Made by a program: the position numbers and the translations under genes. Positions 38,601-48,845 of a DNA stretch of 64,000 nt are shown here, piece by piece. The notes under the pieces were generated by a model, which was not told where the DNA came from, ran no database searches, and saw only the letters and a list, made by a program, of their open reading frames with translations. The number at the start of each line of letters is the position of its first letter. The stretch's first letter is position 1. Origin of the DNA: an uncultured delta proteobacterium (GTDB lineage Bacteria; Desulfobacterota; BSN033; UBA1163); assembly GCA_963708295.1 (NCBI GenBank), contig CAVPSJ010000004.1, positions 480,001 to 544,000 on the forward strand. The letters are read 5' to 3'.

Positions 38601-39554
38601 GTGTCCACCGTCTTCTCAAAACCGACTCAGACTCGAGATAAGCTGCTGAAAACGAAGATACTGGTGTTCCTGTTCCTTCTGGCATGCTTACCCGGTTGTT
38701 ATTCCGGAAGCGTCAAGCCGCTGCTGAACCGTCCTGAATTTAAGGCTGAGAACGAACCGATTCGAATCTTAAGAATCCTTCTGATCACCGACGTCTCCTA
38801 TCAAAAAGACGAAATCGAGAAATTTGTTTCAAAATGCTCGCGCCTTGCTGAAATGCAGGTTGGGATACGCCTTGAAATTGTTGATGGGTACCAAATCAAA
38901 TGGGAAGATGAGTTAGAGGATATCATCAAAATGGAAATGAGGATTGCGGCGGACACCTGGAGTAAGAGGGAACGATTTGATATCGCCCTTACTTTTGTGA
39001 ATTTTGTTCAAAGAGTCAGGGGCGGTAAATTTCCCCTGGGGGCCACCGACACATTTTTTTGGAGGTATCTCTTCGTAAAAGAGCTGGATCCATATATTCT
39101 TCTACACGAGCTGTTTCATGCCTTTTTGCTCGAGCAAGGTGATTCAGGAAGCTGGGTCATGAAGGCAGCAAGACCTCCTTATGGAGGCGAATGGTACTGG
39201 CTTACCCCGGAGGATAGGAAGAAGGTACTTCGTAATAAATGGAGAGATTTCAATATCATGCCTGCTACCGAGCATGAAGAAGCAAGGAAATCGAACGAAA
39301 GCTGGTTTTACTACAACTTGGGGTCGACCTATCTTCAACGAAGGGAGTTTGAGCAGGCCATTCTATTGTTGAACAAATCTCTTGAGATAAACCCGGCGTA
39401 TGCCGACGCTTACGTCAGTCGGGGGAGGAGTCATTATTTTAGAGGAGAATACGACAAATCTTGGGAGGACATTAAAAAGGCACAAGACTTGGGCTACACA
39501 ATTCCCGCTGAATTTCTCAATGATCTTCGCAGGGCCTCTGGTAGAAATAAGTAA
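38601..39554 (+). CDS. Lipoprotein with zincin HExxH motif and C-terminal TPRs
   Basis: Lipobox LPGC, LLHELFHAF, TPRs (YYNLG..., AYVSRG...). Start uncertain. Confidence 0.7.
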   Translation: MSTVFSKPTQTRDKLLKTKILVFLFLLACLPGCYSGSVKPLLNRPEFKAENEPIRILRILLITDVSYQKDEIEKFVSKCSRLAEMQVGIRLEIVDGYQIKWEDELEDIIKMEMRIAADTWSKRERFDIALTFVNFVQRVRGGKFPLGATDTFFWRYLFVKELDPYILLHELFHAFLLEQGDSGSWVMKAARPPYGGEWYWLTPEDRKKVLRNKWRDFNIMPATEHEEARKSNESWFYYNLGSTYLQRREFEQAILLLNKSLEINPAYADAYVSRGRSHYFRGEYDKSWEDIKKAQDLGYTIPAEFLNDLRRASGRNK

Positions 39555-39718
39555 AGACGTGTTGCTGAAAGAGTGAATACAAAATCTCTTCCCCAAACAC
39601 AAAATTGTAAGGAGTAATGAATAGTTTTCGCTGTCCTGTTTGCCATGTACTCCGTTATATCTAAATGCAACCTAACGACGGAAGTGAATTATCCTTTGTT
39701 CATCTGCAACCAACGGGG

Positions 39719-40732
39719 CTAAAAGCCATGAGACTCGTTGTTCGCCTCTTTTTTTTCCTCTTTATATTTTAGTTTAGGCGCCTCGATCGTAACGGTTACG
39801 CCTGGCGGGACCGAACGGGTTAACCAAACATTGCCTCCGACAATCGAGCCGGCCCCAACGACCGTCTCACCCCCTAGAATGGTTGCGCCAGCATAGATGG
39901 TAACGTGGTCTTCGATGGTTGGGTGGCGTTTCACCCTTCTAAGCGTATCGCCCTTTTCTTCCATAGGAAGACTGAGGGCCCCCAGGGTAACTCCTTGATA
40001 AACTCTGACGAATTCGCCAATGACACTGGTCTCTCCAATCACAACCCCTGTCCCGTGGTCGATGAAGAAATGCCGGCCGATGAGGGCTCCCGGGTGGATA
40101 TCAATACCGGTGACGCTATGCGCATACTCCGTCATCATCCTCGGGATCAAAGGAACCTCCTGACCGTGAAGCTCGTGGGCAAGACGGTAGGTCATGATAG
40201 CCATGATGCTTGGGTAACCAAAGATAATTTCATCAAAGCTTTTTGCGGCGGGATCTCCTTGGTAGGCAGCTTTAACGTCTTCGGCCAGAATTTTTCTAAG
40301 GCCTTTCAATTTCTTCAACAGGGCAAGGGCTTCCTTTTGTCCTCTTTCTGAGCAAGAGGTGCAGACCATTTGATGACGACGGCATTCATGACGGATACTC
40401 AGGGTGATTTGCTTGGATAACAGTTCAAAAAGGCTATTTATTTCGATGCCCATTTGGTAGGCCAGGTTGAAACTATCCACCTCATGCTCCCCAAAATACC
40501 CGGGGAAGAGGACCTTTTTAAGACGCTCGACGATCTCAATCACGACCTCTCGAGAAGGCAACCCTACCAGGTTCAGGTGATGCAGGGTATCCCTATCCTG
40601 GCAACTCTCCACCAGACCAGAAACAATCTCTGGAAGTTCTTGACGAAACAAAGGGGGCAGCTCACATTCCACATGGTCAGTCTCTGATGAGAAAAGCGTT
40701 TCTTCAGGACATTCGCAATTAATTTTATTCAT
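39719..40732 (-). CDS. cysE: Serine O-acetyltransferase (EpsC/CysE type)
   Basis: GDPAAKS, TGIDIHPGA, FFIDHGTGVVIGET, QGVTLG, KRHPT. Confidence 0.92.
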   Translation of the reverse strand: MNKINCECPEETLFSSETDHVECELPPLFRQELPEIVSGLVESCQDRDTLHHLNLVGLPSREVVIEIVERLKKVLFPGYFGEHEVDSFNLAYQMGIEINSLFELLSKQITLSIRHECRRHQMVCTSCSERGQKEALALLKKLKGLRKILAEDVKAAYQGDPAAKSFDEIIFGYPSIMAIMTYRLAHELHGQEVPLIPRMMTEYAHSVTGIDIHPGALIGRHFFIDHGTGVVIGETSVIGEFVRVYQGVTLGALSLPMEEKGDTLRRVKRHPTIEDHVTIYAGATILGGETVVGAGSIVGGNVWLTRSVPPGVTVTIEAPKLKYKEEKKEANNESHGF

Positions 40733-40981
40733 GACACTTATGGCTCCTTTCTCGTAATTCCTGGATACCGATAGAAGCTTAATCCTTTCAACTCAAAGCC
40801 GCGTTCAGATGCATTGAATCTTTATCATTTTCAAGATAACACATCCTTGATGCGTGTCACCACTCCTGGCTGATCGTATCGGAACATCAATCAGAGAACG
40901 AATAGAAAGCGAGAAATGTCTTACACACTTTTTGAGAAGTAATTTAGAATTTCTAGGAAAATCCCTTCCGTTTTAGATAGC

Positions 40982-41070
40982 AAAGGGCAGGGTTGATTTT
41001 GACCCTGCCTTTTGCTATTTTCTTTTCGCTGTGTTCTTTTCTTGACACAGGACCTTCCTTTCCGTATACT
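40982..41070 (+). promoter_or_regulatory. Hairpin followed by the sigma70 promoter of the thiolase
   Basis: AAAGGGCAGGGT...ACCCTGCCTTTT; TTGACA(41042)-17 bp-TATACT(41065). Confidence 0.65.
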
Positions 41071-41165
41071 TATCTCGCCCGAAGGGGAGAGAGGACGGGC
41101 AGGCAAGGCATGTTCTGGAGTGAATTTATGTCTGAGATCAATTTCATGAGAAAGGGGACAATGGC

Positions 41166-42368
41166 ATGAAGAGTTACACGAAAGCGTATATACCTTACGG
41201 GGGTTACTATTCAACCCCGTTCTGCCGTTGGCAGGGGAGTATGCAGTACGACAACGCAATCACGTTGGGAGCCGAAACCGCGAGAAGATGGTTTCTGGAG
41301 AAAAAAATCGATCCCACGATTGTCGACTATCTTTATTTTGGCACCACCGTGGCTCAGCACCACTGGTTTTACGCTCACCAGTGGTCTGGTTCCATTCTGA
41401 CGGACGACAAGAAATATGTTCCAGGCCTCTTTATTCATCAGGCCTGCTCAACTTCTACAACGATTCTCAACCTCTGCGCGTTGAATTTGGAGGTAGGGGC
41501 TTATGAGGTGGGTTTTGGCCTGATGAGCGACCGGTGTTCCAACGGGCCCCACACCACATGGGCGAATCCCTTGGGTCCTGGAGGCCAGCCGGACAAGGAA
41601 GACTGGAATATGGACAACTTCGCTGGAAACCCCCGCGTGCCCGTCGCCATGATGGAGACCGCCGAGAACGTAGCCAAGGAGGTCGGCATCACCAAGGAGG
41701 AGTGCGACGCCTTGGTCCTGAGGCGCTATGAGCAATATCAGTCGGCGCTCGCAAACAATAGGGCATTCCAGAAGCGCTACATGTTCCCCGCACAGGTCAC
41801 AGTTAATAAGAAACAGACTAAATTGGTCGAACAGGACGAGGGTTGGACCCCTACCACGGCCGAAGGTCTGGCCAAGCTGAAACCGGTGAGGCCCGGGGGC
41901 GTCCACAGCTTTGGCGCCCAAACTTTCCCCGCGGACGGCAATTGCGGCGTCATCGTGACTACGAGGGACAAGGCTAAAGCACTGAGCGTAGATCCCAAGA
42001 TAGAAGTACAGATCATCTCCTATGGCTTTGCACGAGTAAAACCGGCCTACATGCCGGCAGCGCCTGTCCCGGCCGCTGAGATGGCCCTTGCCGTCGCAGG
42101 CCTGAAGATCACCGACATGAAGGCCATCAAGACCCATAACCCCTTTGCCACAAATGACCTCAACTTAGCCAAGAAAATGGGCGTGGATGTCATGAAGTTT
42201 AACAACTATGGATCGTCGCTAATCTACGGCCACCCTCAGGGACCCACTGCAGGCAGGGGGATCATCGAGATGGTAGAAGAGGTGGTGCTTCTCGGTGGTG
42301 GCTACTGTCTCTTTACAGGGTGTGCAGCAGGAGATACCGCAGCCGCGGTGATTGTTAAGGTCGGATAA
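41166..42368 (+). CDS. Thiolase-family protein
   Basis: QACSTS, M-x-ETAE, PADG, THNPF, YGHPQG, CAAGD. Confidence 0.88.
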   Translation: MKSYTKAYIPYGGYYSTPFCRWQGSMQYDNAITLGAETARRWFLEKKIDPTIVDYLYFGTTVAQHHWFYAHQWSGSILTDDKKYVPGLFIHQACSTSTTILNLCALNLEVGAYEVGFGLMSDRCSNGPHTTWANPLGPGGQPDKEDWNMDNFAGNPRVPVAMMETAENVAKEVGITKEECDALVLRRYEQYQSALANNRAFQKRYMFPAQVTVNKKQTKLVEQDEGWTPTTAEGLAKLKPVRPGGVHSFGAQTFPADGNCGVIVTTRDKAKALSVDPKIEVQIISYGFARVKPAYMPAAPVPAAEMALAVAGLKITDMKAIKTHNPFATNDLNLAKKMGVDVMKFNNYGSSLIYGHPQGPTAGRGIIEMVEEVVLLGGGYCLFTGCAAGDTAAAVIVKVG

Positions 42369-42667
42369 AATCTTTACGTGGAGTCGAGGTACCCCGCTTT
42401 CTTATGGGCCGTAGGGGTCCGATGGGGACAGCGGCCCTTTTCATCTGTGCGCCCGACAAGAAGGCACAGGCAGGCGCTTCTCGATGATCTCAGTATTCCA
42501 TTTCTTTTTTCGGACCAAAGGATAAAGAAACAAGCCGGCTAAAATGCATCCTTGCAAGACCTGATCCCACGGTTTTCTCCCAGAGGACCACCCTTAACAA
42601 TCGCTTGAATCACCCTTGAATCCTGGAAAGTGATAATTATCCTTATAGTAAGAAAGGGGACGCCAAT

Positions 42668-42922
42668 ATGGATAAAATGATTAGCTGCAAAGATTTTGAG
42701 CCCGGTTGCGCTTTTACGGCTTGTGCCCGGACAGAAGCAGAACTCTTTGAAAAAATTCTGGAACACGGCCGGACGGTTCACCGCGCAAAGGATTTCTCCC
42801 CGGACATCTATGGTAAAGTGCGCACCTCCATCAAAGAGGGATATTGCGATCTGGAAGACGAACTGTGCAAGTATGGAGAGTGCTGCTGGGAAGATGAAAG
42901 AGGAGCATTGCCGAGCCTCTAG
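42668..42922 (+). CDS. DUF1059 small metal-binding protein with Cys-rich tail
   Basis: C-x6-C-x-F...E-x-EL...H-x4-H. Confidence 0.8.
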   Translation: MDKMISCKDFEPGCAFTACARTEAELFEKILEHGRTVHRAKDFSPDIYGKVRTSIKEGYCDLEDELCKYGECCWEDERGALPSL

Positions 42923-43093
42923 CATTAAGACAAAAAAAAATCTAACGACGCCCCCTTATTCTCTTTTCGAAATTCCACCTAGCCTTCTGGGGATCAGCCA
43001 AAGACCTGTCCGTTTCTAAAAGCACCTCTCGTTCCGAATGTCATCCGATCCCGTGCAACACGATCAGGAGATCTCAAAAGCCATCCTGCGCTT

Positions 43094-43285
43094 CTATATC
43101 CGGATATTCCTAATGCGCGATTTGACTTTTTCTGGCGGAGTCGCGCATTTGTCATGGGCGCTGCAGGCATGTTTTCGGCACCTTTCCAGTAATATTTCCT
43201 CTGTCTTGGCCCGGATGGTAAAGTCGCAGTCCGACCTGAAATCTTTACAACTTAGTTCCTTATATTCTTCTTGTTTATCAGCCAT
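43094..43285 (-). CDS. DUF1059 small metal-binding protein
   Basis: CKDFRSDCDF...TEEIL...HACSAH; GGAGG RBS. Confidence 0.8.
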   Translation of the reverse strand: MADKQEEYKELSCKDFRSDCDFTIRAKTEEILLERCRKHACSAHDKCATPPEKVKSRIRNIRI

Positions 43286-43499
43286 GATTCAACCCTCCTT
43301 CCCTTACTTTGTATAAATCTAATCATTGGAAGGTGGGATCGCAAACGCGATGATGCGTGATGATGCGTATTGCACGCCGCGATCGAACACCCAGAAGCCC
43401 AATCTTTTCGGGAACGCTTTCCCTAGCCTGTATGGCGGCTTGATGTTTCTTTTTTAGCAAGCCCATTTTAACTCCGGGCACTCAACCATCAAGCCACAC

Positions 43500-43799
43500 T
43501 TAGCTCACCAAGTGAAACCGCTGGATATCCGGTTCAGCTGCGACTAGGTTAGGCAATTTGACCAGGGCGTCCTTGAAGTGCTTCGCTCCAAAGTGAGATT
43601 GGAGCGCTGTGCTGCTTTGCCACTCCTCGACCAATGCAAAATCTGTAGGATCTTCGTTGTTCTGTAATAGTGTATAGCTGATACATCCGGGCTCTTTGCG
43701 GGTAGGCTCCACCAGAGAGGTCAAAACGGATAGAAGTTCATTCACCTTGCCAGGACGAGCCTTGACCCTTGCAATCACTCTCAACGTATCTTCTGCCAT
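43500..43799 (-). CDS. ABM-family (putative quinol) monooxygenase
   Basis: TRKEPGCISY, F-x-LVEEW, H-x-x-x-x-HF. Confidence 0.88.
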   Translation of the reverse strand: MAEDTLRVIARVKARPGKVNELLSVLTSLVEPTRKEPGCISYTLLQNNEDPTDFALVEEWQSSTALQSHFGAKHFKDALVKLPNLVAAEPDIQRFHLVS

Positions 43800-43863
43800 T
43801 TCCTTCTCCTTTCTTCCCTGCTTTCCAGCCAGTTCATGTTCCGCAAATTATACGCAAGCAAAT

Positions 43864-44463
43864 TCATTTTCTCAACACCACCCAGAGACCGCCTTCAGTG
43901 GTGATTTCACACGTTTCTTCAAGGCCGCTTGCCCGCAATTGATCGCGCACGTTTTCTTCGGTTATTCTGACTCTGCCCATTGCCGCGTTAAGCTTCTCCG
44001 AACGCTTGCCGATCTGGCTGATGACTTCGGGCGGCGTATACTTCCCGAACCCTCCGCCGATGAAGGCGATGCCTTCTCTGCTCAGCGTCCGGTAAATGGC
44101 CCTAAAGTCAACCTGGAAGAGCCTGGGAAAAAACAGGGCGCCCCGGAAGATTGCCAGATCAACGTTGCCCTCATCGATATTGCTTAAGGAGCTATCACTT
44201 TCGATGATCCTGACCCGGTCTTCCAATCCTTGCTTTCGGGCCTCCGACTGATACAGAGGGACCGTCGCTTGTGGGAAGGCAGCAATTGAGAAGCTCCGGC
44301 CAATATTTATTCGCACAAGCTCAAAGACGAGGCCCGAAAAAGGACCCATTTCCAAGATGTGACCGTCTCGGCGCCTGTAGAGTTCCTCGATTTGTCTCGC
44401 GAGGTAGGGCCGGATCGGCTCCCAGAGGAGATTCAGCTCTTCGATAAGATTAGCGGTCTCCAA
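43864..44463 (-). CDS. Class I SAM methyltransferase-like protein (degenerate motif I)
   Basis: ILEMGPFSG, VDLAIFRGALFF, IYRTL-x-x-x-G-x-x-FIGGGFG. Confidence 0.7.
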   Translation of the reverse strand: METANLIEELNLLWEPIRPYLARQIEELYRRRDGHILEMGPFSGLVFELVRINIGRSFSIAAFPQATVPLYQSEARKQGLEDRVRIIESDSSLSNIDEGNVDLAIFRGALFFPRLFQVDFRAIYRTLSREGIAFIGGGFGKYTPPEVISQIGKRSEKLNAAMGRVRITEENVRDQLRASGLEETCEITTEGGLWVVLRK

Positions 44464-44618
44464 TTCTCACCTCCGATGCTTTTCATGCAGCGACCGAGCC
44501 TCGAGTGGAAACTCTTAGGATCGTGTTAAATGTGATGGAATGGCCTCGGTTAGGAAGACTGTTTATCGGGAGACAATGACCGTGTGGGATCGCCGGAGCT
44601 TTGCGAAAACCCACGGAG

Positions 44619-45860
44619 TCATTCCCACTTATTCAATACCAATCCGGTCAGGAGCTTCGGATAAAAGTAGGTGGACTTCGCCGGCATTCTCACGGAAGAA
44701 AGGGCAGATTTTTCAACATCCTTAGCCTGCGTCGGATTCAGGAAAAAAGCGGCGGCATACTTCCCATCATTCACTTGGTCGAGTGCCCTGGCAACATCCA
44801 TCTCATATCCGATTTCGGCATTCGTCAGGATCTTCTTAAATACCAACTCATCCAGGATGATCACATCGATTTCCCGCAGGTCAGGAGGGACCTCCGAGAG
44901 ATTCTGCCCTCTATGAGTAAGAAGATGCCATACCGTTTCCCGTTTCCTAAAGAAACCGAATACATTTTTTCTTCCTGAGAGTTTTCGACGGATGTCGAAA
45001 TCATCAGCGATCGTTTCACTCTGGAAATGCTCGGAAAGCATTTTATCGATATCCTCGGGAATCTCCTTGATGAGCCGGTGGGTCGGAAGGATGGTGACCC
45101 CCTCGTCCATCATATCGGCGACAAATGCCAGGGTGTAATCATATGATTTCCTGTCCGATGGCGATGTCTTCTTGATCGACATTTCTCTCGCATATTCAAA
45201 CGAAGTCTCGTATCGATGGTGTCCGTCAGCGATAAAGATCGGCTTGTCCGCAAGTTCTCGTCTAACGATTTCTATTTCCTCGGGATCATCGATCTGCCAA
45301 AGGCGGTGAAGATTACCGGAAAGGTCATTCGTCTGGAGATAGGGCCTCGTCTGGGCTATCCCCGAAAGAATATTGGATATTCTGTCTGTGGAGCTCCTGT
45401 AGAGTAAGAAGATGGGACTGGTATTCGCCTCACAAGCTTTCAGGAGATTCAACCTGTCCTGCTTTGGCTTGGAGTGCGTGTATTCATGCGGGTAAATGCT
45501 CCCGTTGCCCAGTTCTTCGAGTTTGAGGAGGCACAGAAATCCGCGGAGCTGTTTTCGCACATCCTCTACTGTATAGATGATCTCATAGGCATAAAAGGAG
45601 GGGCGATCGCTGCGCTTCAATATGCCATCCTTGATCCAAACATCCAGACATTTTTTGGCCCGTGTGTATTTATTCTCGGTTTCGTTATCCCCTGGATATT
45701 CTTTGCCGAAATCGATCCTCACAATGTTATGGGGGCTCTTCGTGTATAATGCTTCCCGTCCCTCCGGTGTAATAATGTCATAAGGAGGGGCGAGGACATC
45801 CTCCATCGAAATCTTGGAAACATCGTACAGGAATCCTCTGAAGGGAATGATCTCCGCCAT
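44619..45860 (-). CDS. DUF1015 family protein
   Basis: PFRG, APPYDII, PHE-x-T, IADGHHRYET, PTHR, MPAKSTYFYPK. Confidence 0.92.
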   Translation of the reverse strand: MAEIIPFRGFLYDVSKISMEDVLAPPYDIITPEGREALYTKSPHNIVRIDFGKEYPGDNETENKYTRAKKCLDVWIKDGILKRSDRPSFYAYEIIYTVEDVRKQLRGFLCLLKLEELGNGSIYPHEYTHSKPKQDRLNLLKACEANTSPIFLLYRSSTDRISNILSGIAQTRPYLQTNDLSGNLHRLWQIDDPEEIEIVRRELADKPIFIADGHHRYETSFEYAREMSIKKTSPSDRKSYDYTLAFVADMMDEGVTILPTHRLIKEIPEDIDKMLSEHFQSETIADDFDIRRKLSGRKNVFGFFRKRETVWHLLTHRGQNLSEVPPDLREIDVIILDELVFKKILTNAEIGYEMDVARALDQVNDGKYAAAFFLNPTQAKDVEKSALSSVRMPAKSTYFYPKLLTGLVLNKWE

Positions 45861-46124
45861 AGGTTGGGGCTTTCGTGTACCGCCGAATAGTTGCTTTTCT
45901 CAGGACCCTGTGGGAGTCTCCGAGAAAACTTTTTTTGTATCTTACCATGGGGAAAAAGAGAAAAGCAAATGGACCTTGAGACATTTGCCTCCCTGTCCAT
46001 CACGTTTGCGGTCGTCCGTGATAAAAAAGGTGACTTCGTATCTTTTTTGAGGCAAAATTGAGAGTGTTTGGGTCCTTAAGGTCCCGGACAGATCCGAAGG
46101 CACATCAAGAAGAAGGAGGTTGAG

Positions 46125-46793
46125 ATGGACTTTATCGAAACAGTGGAAAGTCGTATCAGTCGCAGAGGATTCTTGCCAAAAAAGGTTGAAAAGAAGACGT
46201 TGGAAAAGATTCTGAAGGTCATCAATCGCTGCCCATCCTACATGAACACACAGCCTTGGGAGGTATTTGTGGTGACGGGACGGAAGAAGGAAAACCTGGC
46301 GAAGAAACTTTTTGAACAGGTTTCCTCCGGGAAACCCCTGACTCCGGATTTGCCGTTTCCCAAGGCATGGCCGGAGGCTCATGATGAGCGGTCCAAAAGC
46401 CACCGGATGAGGCGTTTCAAAACGCTGGGCATCGATCCGGATAAGGAACAAGATAAGGTAGTCGCTTCTTACCGCAACAATTTTAAGTTCTTCGATGCCC
46501 CCTGCGCCATCTTTATTGCCATGGACAAAACCCTCACTCCTTGGTCCGTTTTCGACTGCGGCGCCTTCGTATACGGATTTCTTCTGGCGGCTCACGCAGA
46601 AGGTTTGGGCGCCTGCCCGCAGGCCATGCCCACAGGCTATCCCGATGCGATCCGTTCTGAATTGGGAATCCCTGACAGCCTGGCGATCATTCTTTGCATT
46701 TCCCTCGGATATCCCGATCTGGAGATACCCCTGAACCAATACCGCTCCTTGCGGCGGGATACCGATGAATACATCCGCTGGCAAGGATTTTGA
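46125..46793 (+). CDS. Nitroreductase family protein
   Basis: RISRRGF, PSYMNTQPW, FFDAP, GLGACPQ, LGYPD. Confidence 0.9.
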   Translation: MDFIETVESRISRRGFLPKKVEKKTLEKILKVINRCPSYMNTQPWEVFVVTGRKKENLAKKLFEQVSSGKPLTPDLPFPKAWPEAHDERSKSHRMRRFKTLGIDPDKEQDKVVASYRNNFKFFDAPCAIFIAMDKTLTPWSVFDCGAFVYGFLLAAHAEGLGACPQAMPTGYPDAIRSELGIPDSLAIILCISLGYPDLEIPLNQYRSLRRDTDEYIRWQGF

Positions 46794-47263
46794 TCATTTC
46801 ATGAAGGGGTTGCCACCGGGTAAGAATGCGGTTTTTCTTTCGGACCGTGAAAGGCGCGGCCAGAAGGGCTGTGCCGTCAATGGACGAAGAGGGAGGAAGG
46901 ATCAGTGTCTTCCTCCCCAATGACGAGCCTCGTGGTGACCGCCATGGAAATGATGCCCCGCCGCGAAATGATGGTTGCTCGCTGCAACTCAAGCGGATTC
47001 GAACATGTTGAGCCTTGAGACGGGTGGGTAACGCCCTCCGGAGGCTTTTGATGGATTTGAGCGGTGGGAGATTGTACGGCGGCACCAGTGACCGCTGTCT
47101 TCCTTCTCGGCGGTCCTTCGAAACGGGTGGGACGAGGTTAAAGTAGTTAGGGCAATGCGCCGATTAAAGATCGACTGGAATAAAAGCTCGTCTTCGATCC
47201 TGCTTTATGACGATCGCCTGGAACCGATTCTCAACCGCAATACCCGCGGAGAGAACCCTTTTC

Positions 47264-47464
47264 TTAGCTCGTTTTTCTTACGTTGCTGGCTTGGGGACCT
47301 TTGGGGCCGTCGGTGACTTCAAACTCAACCTCATCACCCTCTTTAAGGGATTTGAACCCTTCCCCTTGAATGGCGGAGTGATGGACAAATACATCCTTGC
47401 CACCTTCCACTTCGATAAACCCAAAACCCTTTCTGTCATTGAACCACTTTACTCGTCCTGTCAT
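47264..47464 (-). CDS. csp: Cold-shock protein (second copy)
   Basis: [21 protein letters not shown]. Confidence 0.95.
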   Translation of the reverse strand: MTGRVKWFNDRKGFGFIEVEGGKDVFVHHSAIQGEGFKSLKEGDEVEFEVTDGPKGPQASNVRKTS

Positions 47465-47634
47465 TGAAACCTCCGAAATGTCGCGGAATTAAGACTTCCG
47501 CCGGGTAATACTGCCTATTATGTACCATTCCCCGCAAAAAAGCAAAAAATTAGAGCAATCGTCTCTTGCCGCTTCTATCCCTCTGTGAGGGAACAAGAAA
47601 TTCTTCGTATCCGCTGTAAAAAGGGAGACGAGAA

Positions 47635-47859
47635 TCAACGAAAGCCTCCCCCACCCGGGTTGTATCCGCCTTTGGGAACACAAAACGCATCCTGGACAGC
47701 GGCCCTCGCCCGCGTGCGGTCTTTATCTGAAATGTCTTTTAACCCGTGTACGGCCCGAGCGTGATCGATGGCGGTCGCTAATGCTTCCTCCGAGGTTTCC
47801 CCACAGGCCTCAAAATCGCAATCCTGACCAAAATCTCTACATCTCAGAAGTTTCTCCAT
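47635..47859 (-). CDS. DUF1059 small metal-binding protein (third copy)
   Basis: CRDFGQDCDF...H-x4-HG; GGAGG RBS. Confidence 0.8.
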   Translation of the reverse strand: MEKLLRCRDFGQDCDFEACGETSEEALATAIDHARAVHGLKDISDKDRTRARAAVQDAFCVPKGGYNPGGGGFR

Positions 47860-47997
47860 AGCACCCTCCTTCTGCCCGAAACAAGTGACTACTCAGTGCA
47901 ACCTTTGCTTATTCGACTTAAGAATAATCACTCCTCCTCCCGAAGACAAGGTAAAGTAAGGGGCAGGAGGACTTTGTTGAAATTTTCACTTGCTCAT

Positions 47998-48339
47998 TCA
48001 TCTCCATTGCCTGCACTGCGCCATGCTGAGATCATCGGGAAACTTTTCAAAGGAATTTTGTAGGATTTGGATTCGAGCGAGAGAAAGGTTTTCTGTCCCT
48101 TCATGAACCAAGGAGCAGGCAAGCATACAGGACAGGCAACCCTGGCATTTCTTGGTATCGACAAGAAGATATCGTTTGGAGGCTGGAATCGCTGCGATGG
48201 CATCGTCTAACCAGATTAGCCTTGGTATGAAGCCGCCAATCCCTGCTCCGAGGGCCGCCTTGCCAGTGACTTTCAAAAACTTCCTGCGAGAAATGCGGCC
48301 ACCACCGTTCTTTTGCTTCTTTTTTCCTTGATTGCCCAT
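47998..48339 (-). pseudogene. 3'-truncated Tat-signal 4Fe-4S dicluster (DmsB/AOR small-subunit-like) gene
   Basis: SRRKFLK, CQGCLSCMLAC, ARIQ. It stops at QCRQW where CxxC should continue, and no catalytic subunit follows. Confidence 0.75.
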
Positions 48340-48741
48340 GGGTCTGTATCTCCACCCTTTAAACTCTTTTGATCCTGGTGAGAGACTATCAACGGGGCAT
48401 TAGGTTTGTCAACAAAAATGTTAGCGAGTGGCCTCGCTGACGGCAGGGGTTCTGCTGTTGAGATACAGTACGTTGGTAATGACACTTTTATCGTGCTCTC
48501 ATCAGCAGGCGGGATTGTAGCCCAGTAGTAATTATATAACCACAAGGACGAGAGTAAGGGTTCGGCAACGGAGTCAAACCTTTATTCTTGGCAATTCGAG
48601 AAAAGGTGAAAAGGAGTCAGCCCGTTAACAAAAGACACTTGGTTCCTCCATCGCGGGAAAGAACGATCTGTGTCAACCAGACTTGCGACTTCAGTGCGAG
48701 CTAAGCCATTCCTTCTTATCATCTCCAATTGGCAGGGAAAT

Positions 48742-48789
48742 CACCTTCCAAGCAGGGGAGGCGCTTGCCCTCTCCCGGCTTGGAAGGTG
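48742..48789. repeat. GC-rich hairpin downstream of the lipoprotein gene
   Basis: Perfect 12-bp arms CACCTTCCAAGC / GCTTGGAAGGTG. Confidence 0.65.
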
Positions 48790-48845
48790 CGTGCAGGGGT
48801 GGATTAGGTGGTTGTATAGCAGCGTAACACTCCGTGCAAAGGAGG

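Noticed and set aside
46800-47260. His/Gly-rich reading (HHFAAGHHFHGGHHEARHWGGRH) on the minus strand
   Set aside because: It is preceded by an in-frame stop and has no start or RBS; at most a gene remnant.
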